Sequence record: AP025670.1
From: a plasmid
DNA: 64,000 nucleotides
Direction: 5' to 3' (one strand)
A program made the translations under genes and the position numbers. Below are positions 46,837-60,183 of this stretch, in pieces; positions within the stretch are counted from its first letter, which is position 1; each line of letters begins with the position of its first letter. The notes below the pieces were generated by a model that did no database searches, was not told the DNA's origin, and was given only the letters and a program-made list of their open reading frames with translations.

Positions 46837-48021
46837 ATGAATAAACCCGCTGTCATCGCGCTGGTGATTACACTGCTGGACGCGATGGGAATTGGTCTGA
46901 TCATGCCGGTATTACCGTCACTGCTGCGGGAATATCTCCCGGAAGCGGATGTGGCAAACCATTACGGCATTCTGCTGGCGCTGTATGCGGTGATGCAGGT
47001 CTGTTTTGCTCCGCTGCTGGGCAGATGGTCAGATAAGCTGGGGCGCAGACCGGTGCTGCTGTTATCCCTGGCGGGTGCCGCGTTTGATTACACACTGCTG
47101 GCACTGTCCAATGTGCTGTGGATGTTGTATCTCGGGCGGATTATCTCCGGGATCACTGGTGCCACCGGCGCGGTTGCGGCTTCGGTAGTGGCGGACAGCA
47201 CGGCGGTCAGCGAGCGTACCGCCTGGTTCGGCCGTCTCGGTGCGGCCTTTGGTGCCGGGCTGATTGCCGGGCCGGCTATCGGCGGACTGGCGGGGGATAT
47301 CTCACCGCATCTGCCGTTTGTCATTGCGGCAATACTGAATGCCTGCACCTTTCTGATGGTCTTTTTTATCTTTAAACCGGCGGTACAGACAGAAGAAAAA
47401 CCGGCGGAGCAGAAACAAGAAAGCGCAGGTATCAGCTTTATCACACTGCTTAAACCTCTGGCGCTGTTGCTGTTTGTCTTTTTTACCGCGCAGCTTATCG
47501 GGCAGATCCCGGCCACTGTCTGGGTATTGTTTACGGAGAGCCGCTTTGCCTGGGACAGCGCGGCGGTCGGTTTTTCACTGGCGGGACTCGGGGCGATGCA
47601 TGCACTGTTTCAGGCGGTGGTTGCCGGGGCGCTGGCAAAACGGCTGAGTGAGAAAACCATTATTTTCGCCGGATTTATTGCCGATGCCACCGCGTTTTTA
47701 CTGATGTCTGCTATCACTTCCGGATGGATGGTGTATCCGGTCCTGATCCTGCTGGCAGGCGGCGGAATTGCACTGCCTGCATTGCAGGGCATTATCTCTG
47801 CCGGGGCATCGGCGGCAAATCAGGGAAAACTACAGGGTGTGCTGGTCAGCCTGACCAATCTGACCGGCGTGGCGGGCCCGCTGCTGTTTGCTTTTATTTT
47901 CAGTCAGACACAGCAGAGTGCGGACGGTACGGTGTGGCTGATTGGCACGGCACTGTACGGTCTGCTGCTGGCAATCTGTCTGCTGATCAGAAAACCGGCA
48001 CCGGTGGCGGCCACCTGCTGA
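46837..48021 (+). CDS. tet(D): Tetracycline efflux MFS transporter TetA, class D as recalled
   Basis: 12-TM MFS; N-terminus MNKPAVIALVITLLDAMGIGLIMPVLP; paired with TetR(D). Confidence 0.85.
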   Translation: MNKPAVIALVITLLDAMGIGLIMPVLPSLLREYLPEADVANHYGILLALYAVMQVCFAPLLGRWSDKLGRRPVLLLSLAGAAFDYTLLALSNVLWMLYLGRIISGITGATGAVAASVVADSTAVSERTAWFGRLGAAFGAGLIAGPAIGGLAGDISPHLPFVIAAILNACTFLMVFFIFKPAVQTEEKPAEQKQESAGISFITLLKPLALLLFVFFTAQLIGQIPATVWVLFTESRFAWDSAAVGFSLAGLGAMHALFQAVVAGALAKRLSEKTIIFAGFIADATAFLLMSAITSGWMVYPVLILLAGGGIALPALQGIISAGASAANQGKLQGVLVSLTNLTGVAGPLLFAFIFSQTQQSADGTVWLIGTALYGLLLAICLLIRKPAPVAATC

Positions 48022-48117
48022 CCGGCGCTATACGGGAGAGCATAAAAATGTGTGGGGTATCCCTTTAATCAATTAATATGATCGTTCTCGTATTGATTGT
48101 GACTAAGAGGAAAAATC

Positions 48118-48699
48118 ATGTCTGTCTATAAGGTCAAAGTGGCTATTCGAGATATTAGCCCGATGATTTGGCGACGTTTTCGTGTTCACAGTGACATGTC
48201 ACTTGGCGCTTTCCATTTTCTCCTGCAATTTGCATTTGGTTGGGATAATGGTCACCTTCATTCCTTTCATATTCATGGCAAAGACTACGGTATTAGCTAT
48301 GAAGGTGGATTGAGCTTTTATGATAATCCTTGGGCAATTTCGCTTGCCTCATTTCAGTTTGAAAATCGCGATAAATTTACTTATGAATATAATTTTTACC
48401 GACATTGGTTATTAGATATCCGTATTGAAGCAATTGAATCAAAAGGAAATAAAACCACGCCATTTTGTCTTGGTGGCGAAGGAATGCCCGATGCTACCGC
48501 ATATGATGAAACCGAAGCCACGATTAAACTTTTAGAAGCCATAGCAGAAAGTAATGACTACACGACCTGGGCAGATATTCAGGAGTTTATCGATGAATAC
48601 AACCGAGTCAAATTTAACCGCCAACGCCTCAATCAGTTATTAAAGCGTTATGATTTTGACACTCCGAACTATTCACAAGGCTTAGATTGGACTCTCTAA
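48118..48699 (+). CDS. pRiA4b ORF-3-like family protein (passenger of the IR-bounded element)
   Basis: 193 aa; family assignment from memory of the MSVYKVKV…RVHSDMSLGAFHF pattern. Confidence 0.5.
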   Translation: MSVYKVKVAIRDISPMIWRRFRVHSDMSLGAFHFLLQFAFGWDNGHLHSFHIHGKDYGISYEGGLSFYDNPWAISLASFQFENRDKFTYEYNFYRHWLLDIRIEAIESKGNKTTPFCLGGEGMPDATAYDETEATIKLLEAIAESNDYTTWADIQEFIDEYNRVKFNRQRLNQLLKRYDFDTPNYSQGLDWTL

Positions 48700-48812
48700 A
48701 GGTATACTTTTACGTAAATAGAGATCTCTGTCCTTAAATTGTCTCTAAAGGTGGTATAAATTGGGGTTTAGAGAGTATTATGAAAACCTCTATAACCTTT
48801 ATGGATTATTCT

Positions 48813-49373
48813 ATGATTTATGCTTACATTCGTATCAGTTCTGCTGAGCAGAATTCCGCACGACAAGAAATTGCGATTCAAAATTCAGGTTATAAAGTCA
48901 AAACCGTTTTTACTGATATTGCCAGCGGCAAAGATACGCATCGACCCAATTTACAACAATTATTAGCGTTACTCGTATCTGGAGATATGTTAATTGTTCA
49001 TTCTATTGATCGTTTATGCCGTAATATGATGGATATGTGTTATTTAACGTTAGATCTGAAACAGCGAGGAGTTTCACTAATTTTTCTCAAAGAAAATATT
49101 TGCTTTTCAGCGAATGAAAACAATCCATTACAAGAGCTTCAATTGCATATGATGTCCGCATTTAGTCAATTTGAACGAGCGCTAATTAGGGAACGCCAAG
49201 CGGAAGGAATTGCGGCTAAAAAACATCGAGGGGAACAAACGGGGCGCCCTCCTGCAGATAAGCGTAAGGTTGTCATGGTTGATGAATTAAAAGCGAAAGG
49301 CATTCGTCTTAAATTAGCCTGCGATAACGTTGGAATAGGTGTTTCAACTTACTATAAGTTAAGGAAAAAATAA
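48813..49373 (+). CDS. Serine recombinase (resolvase/invertase family)
   Basis: …IYAYIRISSAEQ… catalytic Ser motif; C-terminal HTH; start set at MIYAY. Confidence 0.7.
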   Translation: MIYAYIRISSAEQNSARQEIAIQNSGYKVKTVFTDIASGKDTHRPNLQQLLALLVSGDMLIVHSIDRLCRNMMDMCYLTLDLKQRGVSLIFLKENICFSANENNPLQELQLHMMSAFSQFERALIRERQAEGIAAKKHRGEQTGRPPADKRKVVMVDELKAKGIRLKLACDNVGIGVSTYYKLRKK

Positions 49374-49394
49374 TCCATTAACTTTGGAGGTCGT

Positions 49395-50786
49395 ATGATG
49401 AAGATCGTAGTGACAGTAAAGGTTATACACGATGATGGTTCCGCCTATCAAGAAACCTTATTGACGTTACAGAAAACCGCCGAACAAGGTGAACCTTTGG
49501 GGTTATCCCTTAACGAATCAAAGATATTACTCAATAGTACTCAATTAGCCATTATACAGGCCCAAAGCCAATCCTACATGCAAGCGCATCGAGAATGCCC
49601 ACTCTGTCATCAACGTCGTCAAATAAAAGATCATCAGACCCGCCATTATCATACTTTATTTGGCGTCATTCCGATTAAAGGGCTTCGGCTTTACCGCTGT
49701 CGCTGTGAGACAAATAATACAAAATCAGTGAGTTTGCTCAGTGAATGGCTACCCGAAAATACCCATCCCGAACTAAAATATATTGAAGCTAAATGGGCGT
49801 CATTGATGTCTTATGATCTTACCGTCGATAGATTAAAAGATATTTTACCGATCAATAACGCGCTAAATGCTTCCACAGTACGTAATCACTTAATCAGCGT
49901 CGCTAAACGGCAAGAAGCTGAGTTAGCCGAGCAACCCGATTTTCTCGATAAATTCGCTTATGACAATAAGCAGTTGCCTCGTCCAGGAAAACCGATGGTG
50001 ATTGGGTTTGATGGTGGTTACGTCCGAGATTGCCATAACCGAAAAAACAATTTTGAAATCATTACAGGAAAAGCTTACGCTGAAAACCTTCAAGCAAAAC
50101 GGTTTGGCTATGTTCACACATTTGAAAACAACCCAAGAAAACGCTTGCTTTCTGTACTTAATGCTCAAGGAATGCAAACGAACCAACAGATATCATTTTT
50201 GTCGGATGGGGCTGATAATTTGAGAATGATGCAAATCGGTATTTATCCCGAGGCCGAGCATATTTTAGATTGGTTTCATATTAGTATGCGCCTAACAGTG
50301 CTTAACCAGTGTGCTAAAGGTCTTGGCTCACAATCCTCAGGGATTGGTATAGAATTAAGAGATTTACTTGAAAAAACAAAATGGTACTTATGGCATGGTA
50401 ATGTCGATGAGGCGTTAGATAAGCTAGATAGTTGTTTATATATTTGTGATGAAGAAGAAGATAGCCAAGTTTATAAAAACAGTAAAAAAATGGTACGGTA
50501 TTTAGGGGAAGTGATAACTTATATTGATAATAACCAAGCTATGATCCCAAATTATGGGGAACGGTATCGCTATGGTGAACCCATTTCAACGGCATTTGTG
50601 GAATCAACAGTAAATGAAGTTATTGCAAAACGAATGGCAAAAAAACAGCAAATGCAGTGGAGCCAAGAAGGCGCACATTATCTTTTACAAACCCGAGTGG
50701 CCGTTTTAAATGATGAATTAGAGGGCATCTTTTACCGTTGGTATCCTAAACTAAGTAGCACTAAGTTAGATACAATGGCTGCGTAA
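49395..50786 (+). CDS. DDE transposase, ISNCY (ISKra4-like) type
   Basis: 463 aa; N-terminal CxxC…C-C zinc-binding region then a DDE core; family assignment from recollection. Confidence 0.6.
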   Translation: MMKIVVTVKVIHDDGSAYQETLLTLQKTAEQGEPLGLSLNESKILLNSTQLAIIQAQSQSYMQAHRECPLCHQRRQIKDHQTRHYHTLFGVIPIKGLRLYRCRCETNNTKSVSLLSEWLPENTHPELKYIEAKWASLMSYDLTVDRLKDILPINNALNASTVRNHLISVAKRQEAELAEQPDFLDKFAYDNKQLPRPGKPMVIGFDGGYVRDCHNRKNNFEIITGKAYAENLQAKRFGYVHTFENNPRKRLLSVLNAQGMQTNQQISFLSDGADNLRMMQIGIYPEAEHILDWFHISMRLTVLNQCAKGLGSQSSGIGIELRDLLEKTKWYLWHGNVDEALDKLDSCLYICDEEEDSQVYKNSKKMVRYLGEVITYIDNNQAMIPNYGERYRYGEPISTAFVESTVNEVIAKRMAKKQQMQWSQEGAHYLLQTRVAVLNDELEGIFYRWYPKLSSTKLDTMAA

Positions 50787-50851
50787 ATACCCCACACATT
50801 TTTATGCTCTCGCTATACGGGGTCTGACGCTCAGTGGAACGAAAACTCACG

Positions 50852-53800
50852 TTAAGCAACGTTTTCTGCCTCTGACGCCTCTTTTAATGGTCTCAGATGT
50901 CCTTTGGTCACCAGTTCTGCCAGCGTGAAGGAATAATGGCCGAGCATATTGATATGTCCGTGGCAAAGCGGGGAGAGGCGTGCGATATCTTCATCATTCA
51001 GTGTTTCACCCTGCGCCCGGAGATGATCCAGGGCTGCCTGCATATAAATAGTGTTCCATAACACGACGGCGTTAGTGACCAGCCCCAGTGTGCCCAGTTG
51101 ATCTTCCTGACCGTCGGTATATCGTTTTCTTATCTCACCTTTTTGACCGTGACAGATGGCTCTGGCAACGGCATGGCGACTTTCTCCCCGATTAAGCTGG
51201 GTCAGAATGCGCCGGCGGTAATCTTCATCATCAATATAATTAAGCAGATACAGCGTTTTGTTGATGCGCCCCACTTCAATGATTGCCTGAGTCAGTCCGG
51301 AAGGACGTTCACTTTTCAGCAATGAACGGACCAGCACTGAAACCTGTACTTTGCCCAGCTTCAGGGAGCCAGCGGTCCGGATCATTTCGTCCCACTGAAG
51401 GACTATTTTTCGGGGATCTGATTGCCCTCTGGCAATATCATTCAGCACGCCATAGTCGGCATCATGGTCCATTCGCCAGAAAACCGAAGCACCGGCATCA
51501 GCCAGGCGTGGAGAAAACTGGTATCCCAGCAGCCAGAAAAGGCCAAAGACAAGTTCGCTGGCACCTGCTGTATCGGTCATAATTTCGGTTGGATTCAGCC
51601 CGGTCTCCTGTTCCAGAAGACCTTCCAGCACAAAGATAGAGTCCCTCAGCGTCCCCGGTATAACGATGCCATGAAAGCCGGAATACTGATCGGACACAAA
51701 GTTGTACCAGGTGATCCCTCTGTTATTACCAAAGTATTTGCGGTTCGGTCCGGCATTGATTGTTCTGACTGGCGTAACAAAGCGCATTCCATCTGCAGAT
51801 GCCACTTCTCCTCCACCCCATATCTGTGCCAGTGGCAGCGTTGCCTGAAAATCAACCAGTCTGGCATTAGCGCTGGTGATAGTTTCAGCCCGCAGATAGT
51901 TCGCTTTTGTCCAGTTCAGCCGGTGTCGGGTCAGTGCAGGAACATTTGATCTGATCAGTGGTTCCAGACCGATATTGCAGGCTTCAGCCATCAGCACGGC
52001 GCTGATGCTGACGGGCAGATCATCAACTCTGGCACTGGCTTCACTAGCATGGAAAAACTCATCAGCAAATCCGGTATGGGCGTTAATTTCGAGCAGCAAC
52101 TCCGTTAAATCCACCGGAGGGAGTAGATCACTGATCATTTTGCTCAGTCGTTTCAGACTGTCCGGCTCATCAAGACTGGCGAGGGGAGAAATTGTCAACC
52201 GGGGCTTCGGGCCAGAAACATCGAGTTCGACAGCCTCATTTTCGCAAAGACGTGCAGCAACCTGTCTGTAACGACTATCAAGCTGATGACCCAGAGATTT
52301 TATTGCTTCCTGCGGGTCTGTCGGGTGCCCCAAAGAACGATAAACCTTAATCCGGTTTGCCTGCCAGTCAGCACCCTGTAGTAATCTTGCACGAGGATCT
52401 CCCCACCGGTTACTGCCGGTAACGTAGACATCCCTCCGCCTCAGACTATCCTGCAGTTTACTGAGAAAGCAGAGCGTGTATCCCCTGCGGGTGATATGTT
52501 TTTCCTTGTTAATCACCAGCCGTTTCCATGACCGACTGATAATTTCCGTTGGTGCGTCGTCAAAAAACTGCCGCCGTGAGCTGAACTCCCGGCTGAGGTA
52601 GTCACAGGCATTCAGAGTGGTAACCCCGGCAGGTGCGGATGAAAATTTAACGGTATTCAGCAGATGGGGCAGGAAACGACGAACGCGCCCGTACTGCTCC
52701 ACCATTTCTTCATGAAAATTATCGTCTGAGGGCCGGGCAATTTCACGGACAAGCGTGATGATTTCAGCCAGCTTTTGCCTTGGGATGTAGCTGAACACCT
52801 CAGCACGAATCGATTCGTCCGGTGTTTCTTCTTTCAGCAGGTACGAACATGCGCTGGCGAGCGCCAATGCAGATTTATCCAGATCCTTCAGCGAGCGGAG
52901 CCGTTTTTTCTGCCCAATCTTTCTGGCGTCACGGATGATAACGGCCAGCATGGCGTCCAGAACGTCCAATGCATCATCCAGCGCCAGCGTTTCCCATGCA
53001 AGGACAAAGGCAACCAGAACCGCCATCCTTTTCTGCGGTGACATCCTGGCAATATTGAACACCGAAGTCATACCAGCATAACGTGCGAGATTTTTCAGGC
53101 GCACAGCCGGGAGTGTACTCAGGTTTTCAGCATGCAGGCCAAAATCGTTCAGAGTTTTCCAGCGTTCAATTGCTTCATTAAACGCCGGACCACTGATGGT
53201 CACAGGGCCCTTTTTCAGTGATTCCAGTAAAGACAGGCGGCTGCAATCAGTTGGCCCCAGCAGCATCTCCAGCTGTGAACGCTGTTCGGCTGACGGTATC
53301 AGTGCCAGTTTGTTCCACAGGCGCAACGTCGCCTTTTCCCTTACCTCTGAAATCAACCGGGTCAGCGTAGTGGCTCCGGGGAGAATAATACGATGTTGCA
53401 TAAGCCACCCTGTCGCCAGATCGAAAAGCAGGCCAGGACGTTCGTTGCTTATCCAGCTCCGGGTATATAAAAGACGGGTAAGGCGAAATGTCCAGGGCCA
53501 GGCAAATTCACGATACTGATAGTGCTGACGTATCAGCGCTGCATGCTCACGGCGGGTATTTTCCCTCTGACCGTATTCTGCAAGAACGGTGATATCACGA
53601 ATCCCGAGCTGTCTGGCGGTAAAATGCCGGACGCCGGAAGGAATATGATTCATATCGGTGAGGAAGGTGCCCAGAAAACGGACACATCCAATTTGCAGGG
53701 CAATGCCCAGACGGTTGTGATCACCTCTGCTTTTTCCGATAAATTCCTTGTCTGCTTCATCAAGGTGAAAATATCGTGCCAGCTGAAGCTCATCCGGTTC

Positions 53801-53857
53801 ACCGGTGAATCTGCCATAGCTTTCAGTCTGCTCAGTGGTCAGAAAGTCAACGGGCAT
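50852..53857 (-). CDS. tnpA: Tn3-family transposase TnpA
   Basis: Native start MPVDFLTTEQ…; 1001 aa. Confidence 0.95.
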   Translation of the reverse strand: MPVDFLTTEQTESYGRFTGEPDELQLARYFHLDEADKEFIGKSRGDHNRLGIALQIGCVRFLGTFLTDMNHIPSGVRHFTARQLGIRDITVLAEYGQRENTRREHAALIRQHYQYREFAWPWTFRLTRLLYTRSWISNERPGLLFDLATGWLMQHRIILPGATTLTRLISEVREKATLRLWNKLALIPSAEQRSQLEMLLGPTDCSRLSLLESLKKGPVTISGPAFNEAIERWKTLNDFGLHAENLSTLPAVRLKNLARYAGMTSVFNIARMSPQKRMAVLVAFVLAWETLALDDALDVLDAMLAVIIRDARKIGQKKRLRSLKDLDKSALALASACSYLLKEETPDESIRAEVFSYIPRQKLAEIITLVREIARPSDDNFHEEMVEQYGRVRRFLPHLLNTVKFSSAPAGVTTLNACDYLSREFSSRRQFFDDAPTEIISRSWKRLVINKEKHITRRGYTLCFLSKLQDSLRRRDVYVTGSNRWGDPRARLLQGADWQANRIKVYRSLGHPTDPQEAIKSLGHQLDSRYRQVAARLCENEAVELDVSGPKPRLTISPLASLDEPDSLKRLSKMISDLLPPVDLTELLLEINAHTGFADEFFHASEASARVDDLPVSISAVLMAEACNIGLEPLIRSNVPALTRHRLNWTKANYLRAETITSANARLVDFQATLPLAQIWGGGEVASADGMRFVTPVRTINAGPNRKYFGNNRGITWYNFVSDQYSGFHGIVIPGTLRDSIFVLEGLLEQETGLNPTEIMTDTAGASELVFGLFWLLGYQFSPRLADAGASVFWRMDHDADYGVLNDIARGQSDPRKIVLQWDEMIRTAGSLKLGKVQVSVLVRSLLKSERPSGLTQAIIEVGRINKTLYLLNYIDDEDYRRRILTQLNRGESRHAVARAICHGQKGEIRKRYTDGQEDQLGTLGLVTNAVVLWNTIYMQAALDHLRAQGETLNDEDIARLSPLCHGHINMLGHYSFTLAELVTKGHLRPLKEASEAENVA

Positions 53858-54578
<721 letters not shown>

Positions 54579-54690
54579 TACGCCTATTTTTATAGGTTAA
54601 TGTCATGATAATAATGGTTTCTTAGACGTCAGGTGGCACTTTTCGGGGAAATGTGCGCGGAACCCCTATTTGTTTATTTTTCTAAATACA

Positions 54691-54719
54691 TTCAAATATG
54701 TATCCGCTCATGAGACAAT
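54691..54719 (+). promoter_or_regulatory. blaTEM promoter (-35 TTCAAA, -10 GACAAT, 17-bp spacer; P3-type)
   Basis: Read directly upstream of bla. Confidence 0.7.
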
Positions 54720-54748
54720 AACCCTGGTAAATGCTTCAATAATATTGA

Positions 54749-55621
<873 letters not shown>

Positions 55622-55641
55622 CTGTCAGACCAAGTTTACTC

Positions 55642-56461
55642 GGCACTGTTGCAAAGTTAGCGATGAGGCAGCCTTTTGTCTTATTCAAAGGCCTTACATT
55701 TCAAAAACTCTGCTTACCAGGCGCATTTCGCCCAGGGGATCACCATAATAAAATGCTGAGGCCTGGCCTTTGCGTAGTGCACGCATCACCTCAATACCTT
55801 TGATGGTGGCGTAAGCCGTCTTCATGGATTTAAATCCCAGCGTGGCGCCGATTATCCGTTTCAGTTTGCCATGATCGCATTCAATCACGTTGTTCCGGTA
55901 CTTAATCTGTCGGTGTTCAACGTCAGACGGGCACCGGCCTTCGCGTTTGAGCAGAGCAAGCGCGCGACCATAGGCGGGCGCTTTATCCGTGTTGATGAAT
56001 CGCGGGATCTGCCACTTCTTCACGTTGTTGAGGATTTTACCCAGAAACCGGTATGCAGCTTTGCTGTTACGACGGGAGGAGAGATAAAAATCGACAGTGC
56101 GGCCCCGGCTGTCGACGGCCCGGTACAGATACGCCCAGCGGCCATTGACCTTCACGTAGGTTTCATCCATGTGCCACGGGCAAAGATCGGAAGGGTTACG
56201 CCAGTACCAGCGCAGCCGTTTTTCCATTTCAGGCGCATAACGCTGAACCCAGCGGTAAATCGTGGAGTGATCGACATTCACTCCGCGTTCAGCCAGCATC
56301 TCCTGCAGCTCACGGTAACTGATGCCGTATTTGCAGTACCAGCGTACGGCCCACAGAATGATGTCACGCTGAAAATGCCGGCCTTTGAATGGGTTCATGT
56401 GCAGCTCCATCAGCAAAAGGGGATGATAAGTTTATCACCACCGACTATTTGCAACAGTGCC
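55642..56461 (-). mobile_element. IS26 (820 bp, copy 2, same orientation as copy 1)
   Basis: Terminal IRs GGCACTGTTGCAAA; transposase sequence identical to copy 1. Confidence 0.95.
55694..56398 (-). CDS. tnpA: IS26 transposase Tnp26
   Basis: Identical protein to the 45369-46073 product. Confidence 0.95.
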   Translation of the reverse strand: MNPFKGRHFQRDIILWAVRWYCKYGISYRELQEMLAERGVNVDHSTIYRWVQRYAPEMEKRLRWYWRNPSDLCPWHMDETYVKVNGRWAYLYRAVDSRGRTVDFYLSSRRNSKAAYRFLGKILNNVKKWQIPRFINTDKAPAYGRALALLKREGRCPSDVEHRQIKYRNNVIECDHGKLKRIIGATLGFKSMKTAYATIKGIEVMRALRKGQASAFYYGDPLGEMRLVSRVFEM

Positions 56462-56829
56462 GACTCAGGGGCAAAGATTCTGTCTCAGTAAATCAGGCTC
56501 TTACCGACAAATTCCTGAGTTTACCGTCAGAACTCAGAAAATCACTGACATGGGACAGAGGAATGGAACTGGCCAGACATCTAGAATTTACTGTCAGCAC
56601 CGGCGTTAAAGTTTACTTCTGCGATCCTCAGAGTCCTTGGCAGCGGGGAACAAATGAGAACACAAATGGGCTAATTCGGCAGTACTTTCCTAAAAAGACA
56701 TGTCTTGCCCAATATACTCAACATGAACTAGATCTGGTTGCTGCTCAGCTAAACAACAGACCGAGAAAGACACTGAAGTTCAAAACACCGAAAGAGATAA
56801 TTGAAAGGGGTGTTGCATTGACAGATTGA
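56462..56829 (+). pseudogene. IS30-family transposase C-terminal fragment (5' part removed by IS26)
   Basis: …YFCDPQSPWQRGTNENTNGLIRQYFPKKT… DDE-core C-terminus; the ORF begins at the IS26 boundary. Confidence 0.6.
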
Positions 56830-57087
56830 ATCTACAGCGGCTTTTTTTAATATGTCCCGTTCGTCTGTAACCCGCTTCAGCTCTTTCTGGAGACGGCGGA
56901 TCTCGGCCTGAGCATCTGACTGTTCTTTATTAATGGAAGGATCCGGACCGTACATCTTTATCCAGGCGTAAAGGCTGTGGGTGGTGATATCGAGACGTGT
57001 TGCAACGCTGGCAACAGAATAACCGCGATCAACAACCTGTTTGACTGCTTCAGTTTTAAACTCTTCGGGATAACGCTTACCGCTCAT
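56830..57087 (-). pseudogene. IS3-family orfA (InsN-like HTH) fragment, 3' end interrupted by the IS30-family element
   Basis: MSGKRYPEEFKTEAVKQVVDRGYSVASVATRLDITTHSLYAWIK…; the reading frame runs into IS30-derived sequence. Confidence 0.55.
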
Positions 57088-57397
57088 GGGCACCTCTCTT
57101 TAAGCCATCTTAAATGACTCTGAGGTGTCTGTTAAACCCGTGGCGATTCAAGAGAAAGAACATTCTGAATTCATCCGCCAGTTCATCCGGGAATGGCTCT
57201 GGCAGGCAGTGCCCGCAGTCATACATGACCGACCTGATAACGTCTGGCCTTCTTCGCTCAGTAACGTTTTGTGTCCAGGACGTCAGTCTTCACAGCTGTC
57301 AAATCAACGCTATTTCATAAGGCGGCTCACGTTTTTATGTCATGAGCCGCGCTTTTCCGGCTGGAACGTTCCACCCACTCGGTCACTGTGATTTAAT

Positions 57398-57416
57398 ATG
57401 CTAAACCGGTTTAATT
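57398..57416. promoter_or_regulatory. ScrR-type operator (TAAACCGGTTTA) upstream of scrK
   Basis: LacI-family palindrome; two more copies at 58415-58430 and 58473-58488 upstream of scrY. Confidence 0.6.
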
Positions 57417-57441
57417 AAGTTTAGCTTTGGAGGGTTTTAGC

Positions 57442-58365
57442 ATGAATGCAAAAGTTTGGGTTCTGGGCGACGCGGTGGTGGACCTGCTGCCGGAGAGCGA
57501 AGGGCGCCTGCTGCAGTGCCCTGGAGGCGCGCCGGCTAACGTGGCGGTAGGGGTTGCCCGCCTTGGCGGCAACAGCGGATTTATCGGCCGCGTCGGCGGT
57601 GACCCGTTTGGCCGCTACATGCGTCATACCCTGCAACAGGAGCAGGTCGACGTCAGCCATATGTATCTCGACGATCAGCACCGCACGTCCACTGTGGTCG
57701 TCGACCTTGACGACCAGGGGGAACGCACCTTTACCTTTATGGTACGCCCCAGCGCGGACCTGTTCCTGGTTGAAGAAGACCTGCCACAGTTTGCCGCCGG
57801 ACAGTGGTTGCACGTCTGCTCCATCGCGCTCAGCGCCGAGCCCAGCCGTAGCACTACCTTCGCGGCGATGGAGAGCATCAGGTCTGCCGGCGGTCGGGTC
57901 AGCTTTGACCCTAATATTCGTCCCGATCTCTGGCAGGATCAGGCTTTGCTGCTAGCCTGCCTCGATCGCGCTTTGCACATGGCCAACGTGGTAAAGCTAT
58001 CGGAAGAGGAGCTGGTCTTCATCAGCAGCAGTAATGATTTAGCATACGGAATCGCCAGCGTAACGGAGCGCTATCAGCCAGAATTGCTACTGGTGACCCG
58101 GGGCAAAGCGGGGGTGCTTGCCGCGTTTCAGCAGAAGTTTACCCATTTCAACGCCCGGCCTGTGGCCAGCGTGGACACCACCGGCGCGGGAGACGCATTT
58201 GTCGCCGGACTGCTCGCCAGCCTTGCGGCTAACGGGATGCCAACGGACATGACCGCACTGGAACCGACACTCACGCTTGCACAGACCTGCGGCGCCCTGG
58301 CCACCACAGCCAAAGGTGCGATGACCGCCTTGCCTTATCAGCGCGATCTCAACCGTCAGTTTTAA
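57442..58365 (+). CDS. scrK: Fructokinase ScrK (PfkB family)
   Basis: MNAKVWVLGDAVVD…TGAGDAF; first gene of the scr regulon. Confidence 0.9.
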   Translation: MNAKVWVLGDAVVDLLPESEGRLLQCPGGAPANVAVGVARLGGNSGFIGRVGGDPFGRYMRHTLQQEQVDVSHMYLDDQHRTSTVVVDLDDQGERTFTFMVRPSADLFLVEEDLPQFAAGQWLHVCSIALSAEPSRSTTFAAMESIRSAGGRVSFDPNIRPDLWQDQALLLACLDRALHMANVVKLSEEELVFISSSNDLAYGIASVTERYQPELLLVTRGKAGVLAAFQQKFTHFNARPVASVDTTGAGDAFVAGLLASLAANGMPTDMTALEPTLTLAQTCGALATTAKGAMTALPYQRDLNRQF

Positions 58366-58414
58366 TCCTTAAAGCCGCTTTGCGCGGCTCACTTTGTTGC
58401 ATGCATCACATTTA

Positions 58415-60048
<1,634 letters not shown>

Positions 60049-60183
60049 CGGCTTACGCCTGATGACAGGAATAGCCGGGGGTCAGAGCATCTTTGTCACC
60101 CCGGACTCAACTAAGACGCAGAAAAAGCGCTCCCGTGAACGCGGGACGACAACATAAAAATGTTTAAGCCTTAAGAGGGTACT

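Larger units (their letters stand above)
48036..50811 (+). mobile_element. 2,776-bp AT-rich transposable element with 25-bp perfect terminal IRs (GAGAGCATAAAAATGTGTGGGGTAT) and a 9-bp direct repeat GCTATACGG at both flanks
   Basis: The IRs were read directly at 48036-48060 and 50787-50811; the flanking GCTATACGG sits at 48027-48035 and 50812-50820. Three genes lie inside. Confidence 0.7.

Noticed and set aside
46901-48068. Multiple ORFs on both strands within tetA(D)
   Set aside because: GC-rich antisense or alternative frames of a 12-TM MFS gene whose own frame is full length
57125-57391. 88-aa plus-strand ORF between the IS3 remnant and scrK
   Set aside because: It lies in IS remnant and scr promoter DNA, has no RBS, and overlaps the ScrR operator region
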